NCBI GenBank assembly: GCA_028826165.1 | Contig: JAPDFW010000065.1 | Span: 248,001-312,000 of the forward strand | DNA: 64,000 nt | From: Anaeramoeba ignava BMAN | Taxonomy: Eukaryota > Protista > Anaeramoebae | Direction: 5' to 3' | Shown: one piece after another, positions 26,201-39,300 of the stretch | How the letters are laid out: every line of letters starts with the position of its first letter | Numbering within the stretch: the first letter of the stretch is position 1 | Notes under the pieces: model-generated | What the model was told of the DNA's origin: nothing | Databases searched by the model: none | Seen by the model: the letters and a program-made list of their open reading frames with translations, nothing else | Translations under genes and position numbers: made by a program

Positions 26201-27007
26201 AGCAAAATGTAAAGCAGTTTCATTTTGATTTGTTTTTGCATTAATATCAACTCCTTTTTCAATTAGATATTTAATAACTTCAATTGAATTCTTTTGACAA
26301 GCATAATGTAAAACAGTTTCATTTTGATTTGTTTTTGCATTGATATCAATTCCTTTTTCAATTAGATATTTAATAACTTCAATTGAATTTGATTGACAAG
26401 CATAATGTAAAACAGTTTCATTTTGATTTGTTTTTGCATTAATATCAATTCCTTTTTCAATCAGATATTTAATAACTTGAATTGAATTTTTTTGGCAAGC
26501 AAAATGTAAAACAGTTTGGCCATAAAATGTTTTTGAATTAATATCAGATCCTCTTTCAATAAGATATTTAACAACTTCTTTTGAATTTTCTTTGGAAGCA
26601 AAATGTAAACCTATTCGACTATACATTGTTTTAGTATTAATATCAAGCCCTTTTGAAATTAAATATTCAATAACTTGAATTGAATTGTTTTCGCAAGCAA
26701 AATGTAAAACAGTTTTTGCATTTATATATTTGAAATTAATATCAATTCCTTTTTCAATAAGATATTCAATAACTTCAATTTCTGTTTTGTTTTTAATTGC
26801 AATATGTAATAAATTTCTCCTTTTTTCATCTTTTAAATTAATTGGAATTCCTTTTGAAATTAATATTTCAATAATTTCTTTTGGAACTTTTTTTTGAAAT
26901 GAAAATTTAATTATTTTTATTTTTTCTTTTGTTTCTTTTTCTGAAATGTTTTTAATTTCTTTTAATTTAGAAATTTCTTTATTTGAAATGATTTCAAAAA
27001 TATTCAT
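23300..27007 (-). CDS. Ankyrin-repeat (~27) + tandem BTB protein, copy C; single in-frame TAA at 24425-24427
   Basis: ORFs 24425-27007 and 23300-24331 are in the same frame. The sequence reads EYLI*KGADINAKT where paralogous repeats have E, S or K. Confidence 0.85.
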
Positions 27008-27183
27008 TTTCTTTTTATTAAAAAAATGAAAAATGAAAAATGAAAAAAATATTTTTTATTTTTTTTTTTTTTGATTTTATGTTTTTGATTTGAATTTAGA
27101 AATTTTTTTATTTGGAATTCAAATTTATTCATTTTTTTAAAAATAAAAATGAAAAAAAAATTTTTGAAATTTTGTTTTTGTTT

Positions 27184-29646
27184 TTAAATTTTAAAAAATT
27201 TTTGATAAAATTCTTCAACTTCTTCAATAATTTTGGAATTAATTTCATTTTCTTCAAATTTATCATGATAAAGGAAATAAATTAATTGTTGAATTGATTC
27301 ATTTGATTTTCTTGAATAATCATGAACTTGATTTGATGAATCTGAAACACTTAAAAACATTCCTTTAAATAATTCACTTCTGGTAAATAATATTAATTTA
27401 TGAACTTTAATTTCTTTTTCTTCTGAAATTATTATGAAATCTTTTGTTTCATTTTCTTTATATAATTTTGATAAATCTTTTATTATTCCTTTTCTTCCTT
27501 TTTTATTTTCAATTTCAATTCCAATTTCTTTAAAAAATTCTTTTATTTTATTTTCATTTTCTTCAATTTCTTTTAATATTCTTTTTTCTTCTTTAAATTC
27601 TCTTCCTCTATAAAAGTATCTATTTAAATTTTTATTTTGATTTTTATTCATTTGTTGATTTAATATTTCAATAATTTTTTCAAAATCAGGAAATCCAGTA
27701 TAAATGAAATTAATAATAAATTTAATTTCTTCTTTGGTTTTGTGATAACAATTATCAATAAATTTTTGTAAAATTAAATTATTATTATCAAATCTTGTTA
27801 ATAAAATTAATTTATGAACTTTAAATTTAAATCCATCAATTGTTTTAATTGTGAAATCTGAAAAATTATCTTCTGAATTTAATAAATTGTTGAAATCATG
27901 ATTAAGTGAATAAATTTGAATAAATGAATCAATAAATTCTTTTTTAATTTCATTTTCTTGTAAATCATAAATATCTACTTCATTTTGTAATAAAATTTTA
28001 ATTATTTTTTCGTTGGAATTTTTGATTGAAATTGAAAGAGCAGTTTCATTTTGATTTGTTTTGGTATTAATATCAATTCCTTTGGAAATTAAATATTCAA
28101 TAACTTCTAAAGCAGTATTTCTACAAGCATAATGTAAAGCAGTTTCATTTTTATTTGTTTTGGCATTAATATCAGCTCCTTTTTTAATAAGATATTGAAT
28201 AGTTTCAACTGATGGATTTCTTTGACAAGCAAAATGTAAAGGTGTTTCATTCATTTCTGTTTTTGCATTAATATCAATTCCTTTGGAAATTAAATATTCA
28301 ATAACTTCTAAAGCAGTATTTCTACAAGCATAATGTAAAGCTGTTTGATCACGATCTGTTTTTGCATTAATATCAGCTCCTTTTTTAATAAGATATTGAA
28401 TAGTTTCAACTGATGGATTTCTTTGACAAGCAAAATGTAAAGGTGTTTCATTCATTTCTGTTTTTGCATTAATATCAGCTCCTTTTTCAATAAGATATTT
28501 AATAATTTCAATTGAATTTTTTTGGCAAGCAAAATGTAAAGCTGTTTTTTCATCTTGATATGTTTTTTCATTAATATCAGCTCCTTTGGAAATTAAATAT
28601 TCAATAATTTCGAGTGATGGATTGTTTTCGCAAGCAAAATGTAAAACTGTTTGATTGAAATTTGTTTTAGCATGAACATCAGCTCCTTTGGAAATTAAAT
28701 AGTCAATAATTTCAAATGAGAAACTTCTTTTACAAGCAAAATGTAAAGCTGTTTGATTCCAATTTGTTTGGGCATTAATATCAATTCCTTTGGAAATTAA
28801 ATATTCAATAACTTCAAGTGATGAGTTTGATTGACAAGCAAAATGTAAAGCACTTTGATTTTGATTTGTTTTTGCATTAATATCAATTCCTTTTTCAATA
28901 AGATATTTAATCACTTCTATTGATGGTGTGCTTTTACAAGCAAAATGTAAAACAGTTTCATTATAATTTGTTTTTGCATTGATATCAATTCCTTTTTCAA
29001 TCAGATATTTAATAATTTGAATTGAATTTTTTTGGCAAGCATAATGTAAAACAGTTTCATTATAATTTGTTTTTGCATTGATATCAATTCCTTTTTCAAT
29101 AAGATATTTAATAACTTGAATTGAATTTTTTTGGCAAGCATAATGTAAAACAGTTTGGCCATAAAATGTTTTTGAATTAATATCAGATCCTCTTTCAATA
29201 AGATATTTAATAACTTCAATTGAATTCTTTTTACAAGCATAATGTAAAGCACTTTGATTTTGATTTGCTTTTGCATTAATATCAATTCCTTTTTCAATAA
29301 GATATTCAATAACTTGAATTGAATTTTTTTGGCAAGCATAATGTAAAACAGTTTGGCCATAAAATGTTTTTTCATTAATATCAATTCCTTTAGAAATTAA
29401 ATATTCAATAATTTCAATTTCTGATTTGTTTTTAATTGCAATATGTAATAAATTTCTCCTTTTTTTATCTTTTAAATTAATTGGAATTCCTTTTGAAATT
29501 AATATTTCAATAATTTCTTTTGGAACTTTTTTTTGAAACGCAAATTTAATTATTTTTATTTTTTCTTTTGTTTCTTTTTCTGAAATGTTTTTAATTTCTT
29601 TTAATTTAGAAATTTCTTTATTTGAAATGATTTCAAAAATATTCAT
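27184..29646 (-). CDS. Ankyrin-repeat (~15) + tandem BTB protein, copy D, intact 820 aa
   Basis: Single ORF with the same N-terminal cap, ANK repeats and two BTB domains; slightly altered C-terminus. Confidence 0.9.
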   Translation of the reverse strand: MNIFEIISNKEISKLKEIKNISEKETKEKIKIIKFAFQKKVPKEIIEILISKGIPINLKDKKRRNLLHIAIKNKSEIEIIEYLISKGIDINEKTFYGQTVLHYACQKNSIQVIEYLIEKGIDINAKANQNQSALHYACKKNSIEVIKYLIERGSDINSKTFYGQTVLHYACQKNSIQVIKYLIEKGIDINAKTNYNETVLHYACQKNSIQIIKYLIEKGIDINAKTNYNETVLHFACKSTPSIEVIKYLIEKGIDINAKTNQNQSALHFACQSNSSLEVIEYLISKGIDINAQTNWNQTALHFACKRSFSFEIIDYLISKGADVHAKTNFNQTVLHFACENNPSLEIIEYLISKGADINEKTYQDEKTALHFACQKNSIEIIKYLIEKGADINAKTEMNETPLHFACQRNPSVETIQYLIKKGADINAKTDRDQTALHYACRNTALEVIEYLISKGIDINAKTEMNETPLHFACQRNPSVETIQYLIKKGADINAKTNKNETALHYACRNTALEVIEYLISKGIDINTKTNQNETALSISIKNSNEKIIKILLQNEVDIYDLQENEIKKEFIDSFIQIYSLNHDFNNLLNSEDNFSDFTIKTIDGFKFKVHKLILLTRFDNNNLILQKFIDNCYHKTKEEIKFIINFIYTGFPDFEKIIEILNQQMNKNQNKNLNRYFYRGREFKEEKRILKEIEENENKIKEFFKEIGIEIENKKGRKGIIKDLSKLYKENETKDFIIISEEKEIKVHKLILFTRSELFKGMFLSVSDSSNQVHDYSRKSNESIQQLIYFLYHDKFEENEINSKIIEEVEEFYQKFFKI

Positions 29647-29738
29647 TTTCTTTTTATTAAAAAAAAATGAAAAATGAAAAATGAAAAAAATATTTTTTAT
29701 TTTTATTTTGATTTTAAATTTGATTTGAATTGGAATTT

Positions 29739-31658
29739 TTAAAGAATTGGAATTCCAATTTCTTTTGGAAGAAAATCAGGACAAGCCCAATTATAGAGAT
29801 AAAAATGAAGAAAACCACCAGTTGATTTGAAATTCAATTCGGAAATGAATATATCGTTATCCAAAATATTGAGAGAATTCATAAGATCGTATCCTTTGTT
29901 TTGAGCAACAACCAAACAATCCTTCATCAAATCAACATAAGTAACAGTTGTTGCAATGTTATAAAAAGCATAACAAGAATTAAGTGTATCGTATTGATTG
30001 TTATTTAAAATGGAGGAGTTCAAAGTGTAAAAACTAAACAAATCGGTGATTTCGTTTGTTTGCTTGTTTTCAACAACCCAGCATTCAATTACTTGATCTC
30101 TTGATAAAAATGTCCATTCAATTAATTTTTCATCAAAAACAATTGAAAGTTTGAATTTGCTCAAAAAATTATTGACAAGTTTGCAAACTGAAGCCGAATC
30201 CTTTGATTCAAACCTCCTCAAATTAGGGATTTGCGGCTTTTCAGGGAGACGATAAATCCTTTGATAGCGCTGCAAATTCATGTTTTGTTCAGCCATAAAA
30301 AATCCGATATCCAAAAGTTTTTTATGATTGATTGGTCTGAAAAAATAAGTTGATGATGCAACTGGAGTTGGAATTTTCTTTCCTGCAGTATAAAACGCTT
30401 GGAAAACACCTTTCAAATTGATTCTTCTTGTTACTTCCTTGATCAATAAAGGCGCAAGACCTTTTGATCTTATTAATTTATGCGCACATAAAAAATTAAT
30501 TTCTGCCATTTCTACTATTTTATCCATAACTTTGATTTTAACTGGAATTCCTGTTATAAATCCAACTAACTTTTTTGATTGAACAACTCGCACGCCAATG
30601 TGCCAGTCTTTTTCATAGTTGGGAATAAACAAAGCCCATTGAAGAAATTCTCGAGAATAATCAAAGCGAAAAGTGCTTTCATCATCTTCAACATAATTTC
30701 CTTTTAGAAGCTCATAAACTTCATCGAGAACTTCTTTGTTTGTCAAGTCGGTTAAAACCCATTCGAATTCTTTGGGAAGTGGATACGGTTCTTTCCGTAT
30801 CTCTTCTACAGTTTGTATTTTTATTGGTTCGTTTTTTTCCGTTTTTTTTTCTTCAAATTGTGTTACTGGTTGTGTTTTCCAGAATTCGTGTTGTTTATCT
30901 GGATTTACTTTCCATAATTCTTTAGGTTTTTTTTGTTTTTCTTCTGTTATTGCTTTTTGGATAGAAACAACTGGTGAAGTTTTAATTCTTTTCAAAATTT
31001 TCAAATAAATTTTTAAATAAATATTGAAATAAATATTGAAATAAATTTTAAAATAAATATTAAAATAAATTTTGAAATAAATTTTTAAATAAATTTTGAA
31101 ATAAATTTTAAAATAAATTTATAAATAAATTTATAAATAAATTTTGAAATAAATTTTGAAATAAATATTAAAATAAATTTAGAAATAAATATTTTAAATA
31201 AACTTTAAAATAAATTTAAATAAAATATTTAGAAATAAATTTTGAAAAATAAATTTTGAAATAAATATTTAAATAAATTTTGAAATAAATTTTGAAATAA
31301 ATTTTTAAATAAATATTTAAAATAAATTTATAAATAAATTTAGAAATAAATTTTGAAATAAATTTTAAAATAAATATTTAAATAAATTTAGAAATAAATT
31401 TTGAAATAAATTTTGAAATAAATATTGAAATAAATATTGAAATAAATATTGAAATAAATTTTAAAATAAATTTTGAAATAAATATTGAAATAAATATTGA
31501 AATAAATTTTGAAATAAATATTTAAATAAATTTTTAAATAAATATTGAAATAAATATTACTTTGGCTTTTGCTTTTTTGGTTGATTTGTTCTTGGTTTTG
31601 ATTTTCCTTTTGATTTTGGTTTATTTTTCCCTTTTGATTTTCCTTTTTTTGGTGGCAT
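29739..31658 (-). CDS. NMT: Glycylpeptide N-myristoyltransferase; exons 31658-31561, 30987-29739
   Basis: HEFWKTQPV, NYVEDDESTFRFDYS, EINFLCAHK, PLLIKEVTRRIN and LHFYLYNW. A Lys-rich exon 1 (MPPKKGKSKGKNKPK...) joins in phase 2 across the GT..AAG intron 31560-30988. Confidence 0.95.
31005..31555. repeat. 12-bp minisatellite (aaataaattttg and variants) filling the NMT intron
   Basis: Direct inspection. Confidence 0.9.
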
Positions 31659-31830
31659 TTTATATTTTTATATTTTTATATTGTTATATTGTTGTTATAT
31701 TGTTATATTGTTATTTTGTTGTTTTTGTTGTTTTTGTTGTTTTTGTTGTTTTTGAAAGAAAAAAAATGAAAAATTGATTTTTTAAAAAAAATTTTTTTCT
31801 TTTTAAATTGCTTTTTTTTAAAATTTTGTT

Positions 31831-34800
31831 CTAAAAATGATTTAAAAAAAAAATAAAAGGAATATATAAAGATTCAGTTGTTCTGAAATAAACTAAACAA
31901 GTTTGAGAAGAAATATCCAAATTTAATTCAACCAAAATAAGTTCGTTTGTGAATAAATTAGCAACAAAATAGAAAATATCAAATTCTTCTTCTTTTCTTT
32001 GAGTAATAAAAGTGAATGAATTTGCAATCAATTTTTGTTTAACTGAATTTGAATCAATTTCCGAAATTATAAATTCCAAAGAATATTCATTAAAATCTGG
32101 AATTTTTTTCCATTCTTTAACAAAATCCTTTTTATCAAAAACAGGATTTGGTTTTAAAAAAACTTGGAAATTTGGTTTGAAAACAAAATAATGAACTCCA
32201 AGATTATTTTGAATAGCAACTTGAATACTTAATGTTTTTTTGGATCGATCTGAATGTGAAACATCAAGTGGACAATGAATACTTTTATCAATTGTTTTTC
32301 CTGATGGAACGATTGAGTTTATATTTAAACCTGATGGTTTCAATCCAAATAAATTTTTGTTGAAAAAAATTGCTGTGATTTTCATTGGTTTTGGAAGTTT
32401 ATTTGTTAAGGAAATATCGAAAAATATTTCAGTTCCTCTTAATTGAAGTGCTCCATTTATTGTCAATCCTTTTCCTTGTTGAGCTGTTAATAATAATTGT
32501 TTTGGTTGTGATTTTGGAGCTATTGATTCAAATAATGAGTTATCAAGTTTCATTTCTTCTTTTTGTAAATTTTCTTTTTGGTTTGTGTTTGTGTTTGTAT
32601 TTTGATTATCAAAAAGAATTAAATCAATTTCTTTGTTTTTGGATCTATTGATTCGTGTTGTAAGTTTTGATTTTGATTGGGGATGTTTATCTTTTTGGTT
32701 ATTTTTTTCATTATCATTATCATTATCATTATCAATATCAATATCAATATCAATATTGTTTTGATTTTCATTTTCATTTTCATTTTCATTTTGATTTTCA
32801 TTTTCATTTTCATCTTCAATTTCATCTTCATCTTCATCTTCATCTTCATCTTGAAAATCATTAGTTTTTCTTAAAAATATCTTTACATTATTAATAAAAG
32901 AACTTGGAGTTTTATGATAAACACTTGAAACAAAAGAGATGTTACGAAGAAGTTCTGTTAATGTTGTAGGTTCATAAAGAAATGATTTTTGAGAAATTGG
33001 AAGTTTTGTTCTTAAAACAATTTCCTAAAAAAAAAACAATAAATAAAAATGAATATGAATTTAAATTTAAATTTAAATTGAAATCAATTATACTTTTGAA
33101 ACTTTTGCTTCTTTTGTTAATAATCTCCAATACATAAATGCTCTTTCTCTTAAATCAGGATTTGTTTCTTGTTCTGTTGACATTTCTAATACACTTTGTA
33201 ATAATTCTTCAGATCCTTTTGGTTTTTTAAGAAATGATTTCACAATTGATGTTAAAATTTGTAATTGAACATCTGAGTTTTCTTCTAAAAATTTTCAAGA
33301 AATGTTTCTATTAAATCACTTGAGTTATCAATATGTTCAGCATATTCTCCAAGCATCCAAATTAGAGCAGCTTTTGCATTTGGTTCATCTAAAACATCTA
33401 AATTTCCACATAAAACACCAATAGCTTTTTCATATCTATTTGGATATTTTCTAAAAATATCCTTTATTTATTTTCAATTTAAATATTATTATTGAATTAA
33501 ATATTAAATAATTTTAAATTGAATATTAAATATTATTCAATTTACTCGAATAACAACAACAATTTCTTGAACAAAATTAATTTTCTCTTTAACAAGATCG
33601 ATCAAAGTATTAACACATCTTTCAGCAGCTTTTTCCAATTTAATTGCGCATAAACCAATAGCTTGAATTGATTTACGAGCAAAGGAACTTTCAACTTCTT
33701 TTGAATAATCTTTAAACTCACGCAATAAAAGATCAACATTTCTATCAGAAACAAGAATACTTAAAATATCAAGTTTTGCCAATTTAATATAAACAGGATC
33801 ATTATATTTGCAAAAGAAAATTTTGATTTCATGTTCCAAAAGTTGAGGCCATCTTTGGACAATTAAAATGATATTTCTTAAAGCTACAAATTGAATTTCA
33901 TGTTGTGAACCAAGTAAAGTCATTAATGGTGGTACTACTTGCTTTGAATACGATATAAATGCTTTTTGATTATCTAATAATTGTGCAAAATGTAATATAT
34001 TTCTTATTGTTGAAAGAACTATTGCTGGATTTGAATAAGTTAATTTGGGTAATAGTCTTTGTATTATAACTTGAGTTTCTTTGTTATTTTGTGGTGAATA
34101 TTTTGTTAAACTATCTAATATAAAGATTTGACCCCATCTAACAAATATTTTAATTTAAATATTAATATTGATTTAAAATATTTATTTTTGATTTAAAATA
34201 TTTTATACTCATTGCATTCATTCATTGCATTAAATAAAGTATAAAGTAATGAAGAATTTATTTGGAAAATTGGTCTTGAAAGTGATTCATTAATTTCAGA
34301 TAAAGCTGCAACTGAATTTGAAACAACTGATGGATTAGAATCTGAAAGAAGATCAATTAAATTTTGAAGAAAACCTTGTCTTTCTGCTAATTCAGGATTA
34401 TTTTCAAAGAGTTTTACAACAGCAATAACTGCAGTTTTTCTAACATAAGGGTCTTTATCCTTTTAAATTTAATGAAAAATGAAAAATAAAAAATGAAAAA
34501 TAAAAAATAAAAAATAAAAAATAAATTTAATAATTTCAATACTTTTAAACATGCACGAAGTGGTTGACACATATATTCATTCACTTCCTCAACTTGTATA
34601 CATCCCATACTTCTAATTGCTAATGCTCTTATTAATGGATTTGGATCTTGAGTATCCTATTTTTTTTGAGAATCAAAAAATCAAAAAATCAAAAAATCAA
34701 ACTTTAAATTAAATCAAAATCAAATCAATTAAATTTACAGTCACAAAAGTATTCACAACTAAAATTGATTGTTCAGGTTTAAACTTGGAATATTTCATTA

Positions 34801-35107
34801 AATAAATATAAACTAATTTCTTTAATTCAATGTCTTCAGTATGCATACATCCTAAAACATCAGTAAAAAGTCTTGAAACATCTTTTCCAAGTGTCATTAA
34901 CTTAACAACTCTTTTAACTCCTTCTTTTCTTTTAGATTCGTTTGGATCTTGTAAAAGTTTTATTAATTCAAGAAGTTCACCTTTTAATTTTCAATTTAAT
35001 TTTCAATTCAATTTTCAATTTTCAATTTAATTTTCAATTCAATTTTCAATTTAATTTTCAATTTTAATTTTGGTTTTTTTACCTTTTCTTTTTGTAATTG
35101 CAAACAT
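31831..35107 (-). CDS. AP-1/AP-2 adaptor beta subunit (beta-adaptin), multi-exon (at least 6 short introns)
   Basis: MFAITKRKG|[87 protein letters not shown], an acidic hinge, and appendage [14 protein letters not shown]...IQVAIQNN. Some frameshifts in the hinge; exact C-terminus uncertain. Confidence 0.9.
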
Positions 35108-35279
35108 TTTTAAATAAATTTTTTCTTTTTCTTTTTCTTTTTTATTATTATTATTGGATTATTAAAAAAAAAAATGAAATTTAAAAAAATGAAAAAAAAA
35201 TTTTTTTGATGAAAGAAAAAAAAAATTTATTCCAAATTCCAAATTCCAAATTCTGTTTTCTTTTTTGTTTTCTTTTTTG

Positions 35280-36066
35280 TTAATTTGTTTTAGAAAATCC
35301 AAAAGACCATTCATCTCCTTCATTCATTCCTTCATCAGGAATTTCAGAAGATTCTGAATCAGTAGCAGAACTATCATCAAAATTTTGATTTTGATTTTGA
35401 TTTTGATTTTGATTTTGATTTTGATTTTGATTTTGATTTTTAATTTCATTTTGATTTTGATTTTTAATTTCATTTTGTTTTTCATTTTGTTTTTGTTTTT
35501 CATTTTTAATTTGATTCTGTTTTTCATTTGTTTCTTCTTTTGAATCAACAACAACCCATGGATCTCTTTTATCTATTGGCTTTTTTCCTTGTGAAATTAA
35601 TTCAAACATTTCTTTCCATTCTTGTTTCATTGATTCATTTTCTCCATAAATAAAATATTCTCTTCCTTTTCTTTCTTTTACAGAAAAACAAAACTTTTTT
35701 AATTGAGAATCTTTAACTATTGCTTTTTCACAATTAATTTTTCCTTGTGGTTTTGCATTTGTTTTCTTTTTAATTTAGAATTTTGTCAGTTTTTAATTTT
35801 TAGTTTGATTAATCCAAAATAATATAAAATTGTTTATTTACTTTGCTTTTAAAATACCAAGCAAAATTCCCTCTTAAAACAAAAAATCTTTTTAACCAAT
35901 TTTTTCTGATTTTTCCCCTTTTATAAAGCCTAATTATTTAATTTTAAAAAATAACAATAAAAAATAAGCAAAATTTTATTTTGTTTTATAATTTATTTAT
36001 TTTTTATTTATTTTACCAGCCTTCTTTATATGTAGTTGCATTATCCCAATCTTTTCTTCCAGACAT
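35280..36066 (-). CDS. Small PH-domain protein with NQ-rich/acidic tail; 2 introns
   Basis: Spliced reading MSGRKDWDNATTYKEGW|LYKRGKIRKNWLKRFFVLRGNFAWYFKSK|..KPQGKINC...KFCFSV...REYFIYGENESMKQEWKEMF matches the PH consensus. Confidence 0.85.
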
Positions 36067-36314
36067 TTTATTTTTAAAATATAATAAAAAGAAGAATTTG
36101 AATGAAAAATGAAAAATGAAAAAAAAAATGAAAAAAAATTTGCTTTAATTATTATTTTTAATATTATTTTTAATATTAAGATTAATATTAAGATTAAAAT
36201 TAAAATTAAAATTAAGATTAAAATTTAATCTAAAAAAAGGAAAAAATTTTTTCATTTTTCATTTTTTTCTTTCCTTTTTTATTTTTATTTTTATTTTTTT
36301 TTTTACTTTTTAAA

Positions 36315-39300
36315 ATGAGTTCAAATTTAATTTACCATCTTGAAAAGTCAGAAAAAGAGAAAGAAAAAGAATTTTTTTATTCGTTTATTAGTGGAAAAAA
36401 ATTATATAAACTTTATTCAAAATTAAAATCAATGAAAATAAATGAAGTAAAAAAAATTTATTCAATTATTTTAATATATTTATATTTTTTGGATATTCAA
36501 AAAAAAAATACATTTTATTTCAACTAATAAAATTATAAATAACAAAATTAATCAGAATAATGAAGAGTTTCTTGAATTTAGTTTATTGTTTCAAGAATCT
36601 TTTCATAAATGGTTGCCTTCTGAAACAAATAAAATAGTTTCAAATAATAAAATTCAATTTGAAAAAAATTTTGAAATTGAAGAAATTTATGAAGGAATTT
36701 CCAAAAAAGAAGCTCATCCAGTTCATTTTATTCTTTTTGTTTTGAATAAATTAAATTATTCAAAAAATGTTATTGAAGGTTTATAATTTAAAATTATTTC
36801 AAATTTAAGAAAGAAATTAATTAAAATCCAATTTTCAAAATAATTTTAAAAAACAAAAGAAAATATTAGAATTCTCAAGAAAAAATGGAATCCAATTCAA
36901 ATTGAAAATCAAATTGAAAATCAAATTGAAAATCAAATTGAAAATCAAATTGAAAATGAAAATGAAATTGAAAATGAAAATGAAAATGAAAATGAAAATG
37001 AAAATGAAAATGAAAATGAAAATGAAAATCAAAATCAAAATCAAAATCAAAATCAAAATGAAAATGAAATTGAAAATGAAAATGAAAATGAAAATGAAAA
37101 TCAAAATCAAAATCAAATTGAAAATCAAAATGAAAATCAAAATCAAAATCAAAATGAAAATGAAAATCATAATCATAATCAAAATCAAAATCATAATCAA
37201 ATTCAAAATCAAAATCAAATTCAAAATCAAAATCAAAATCAAAATCAAAATCAAAATGAAATTGAAAATCAAATTGAAAATCAAAATCAAAATCAAAATC
37301 AAATTCAAAATCAAAATCAAAATCAAAATCAAATTCAAATTCAAATTGAAAATCAAAATGAAAATGAAAATCAAATTGAAAATCTTCAACATTTGATTTC
37401 TTTATCAATAATATCAATAATTTCTAAATCAAAATTTAATCGTCAAGTTTTATTTGAAAATGGGATCTTTCAAATTCTTTATGATTTGATGAAATCTTCA
37501 AAAAAAATCTTAAAATTAATACCAAATATTTCAATTTATTATCTTCTTGAAGTACAATTTATTCTTTCAGAAATTATGGAAATTATCAAACAATTTTTAA
37601 GGAAAAGAGAGGTTTTACCAAATCAAGAAATTTTAAAATTAATCAAAGAATCAAAATTAGATTCATCACTAATAAGTAATTATTTCTTTCTTTTTATTTC
37701 AAATTCTATTTTTAATTTAATTATTTTATAATATTCAAAAAATAGAGTGTTTTGAAATGAATCTAAATTTAAGAAAATTATTTAATTATACAGAAAAACA
37801 AATTGAGATTCAAGCCAAAATTCTTGAAAATATTGAAATTTGTTATAGATTAAATGTATTAAAAAATCAAGAAAATAAAGATAAAATTTTTTCACTTCTT
37901 TTAACCTTATTTCATCCTCCAATTTTTTCTGTTCAAGATATTGGATTTCAAAATAAAAATCAAAATTTAAATCAAATTGAAGATCTTTTCCAAACAAATT
38001 TCTTTATCTTTGATCCAAAAATCCAAAAAGAAAGAAATCATTTTATTTTCCAAAATTTTAATTTATCTCAAGAAAAATTAAATCATTTCGAATTTACTTT
38101 TCGTTCAAATGCTTTTGAATTCCTTAAATTAATCATTTCAGAAGAAAATTTAGTTGAAAAAACTATCAGCAATAATAATATTCTTTATATAGGAGATCTT
38201 ATATTTTGGAGTTGTTTTAGTTTTAAACCAAATTTTATTAAAAATTGGGAAGAATTGATTAAAAATCAAAATCAAATTAAAAATCAAAATCAAATTGAAA
38301 AAATGAAAAGGAAAACAATGGCACAAATTAAATTATATAATCCTTATTTGGATACATTATTCAACAATTTTAGAAAATTTCAAAATATTTCAAAAAAAAC
38401 AAAAACAAAAACAATAATAGAAAACAATGAAAAAGTGAAAAGTTTTAAAGAGATATTCATTTTAATCTATCTTGATTTATTCAAAAATCCAAAAATAATG
38501 GAATTACAACATGATTTACCAAAACAAGAAATTATACAAATTCAAAAATATATAAAAAAAGTTTATCCAGAACTCCAAATGTATATTTTACAAGAGTTTA
38601 AAAAAATGTTCATCGAAAAAGAAGATTATATTTATGATTATGAAACACTTGATTTTTTTCGCAAAAATGAAGGATGGAAAATTTATTTTTCAGATTATTT
38701 TATAAGAAATGATATTAATAGTTTTAATGTAAAAAAATTTAAAAAAAAAAAAAATGAAAAATTAAAATCTCTTTAACTTTGTTTAAAAATAAAAACAAAT
38801 AGATCACAAAAGAAGAGCAAAAAAAAGAGATTGAGGAAATAAATGAAATGAATACAAATTTACAAACTTTCTTAATTGATTTGATGTCTAGTATTATATC
38901 AAAATATCAAAATGATTATGATTATCAAACTTTCTTCAATCAAATTTTAGTAAATGAAAAAATATACTCAAAACCAATATTATTAACTCGATTTTTGGAA
39001 ATGATTAGTGAAATTATTTTACACAACCCACAAATTGCAACAAGAAAAATAATTGAAAATGAAGGATTTAAAATTATCAAAAGCATTTTATTGGAATCAA
39101 TACAAAATCAACAAAAACAATTAGATAAAGAAACGGAAAATTCAAAAATTCAATTTTGTTTGAAGAATTTAAATTTATTACTCTTAAATTCAAAAATGGA
39201 AGAAATTTTCCTTAATCCAGAAATAACCAAAATTCTATTTGATTTGGTCAATTTCAAAAATACTCGGCAAATACCATTAGTTTATATCCCAAAAATATTA

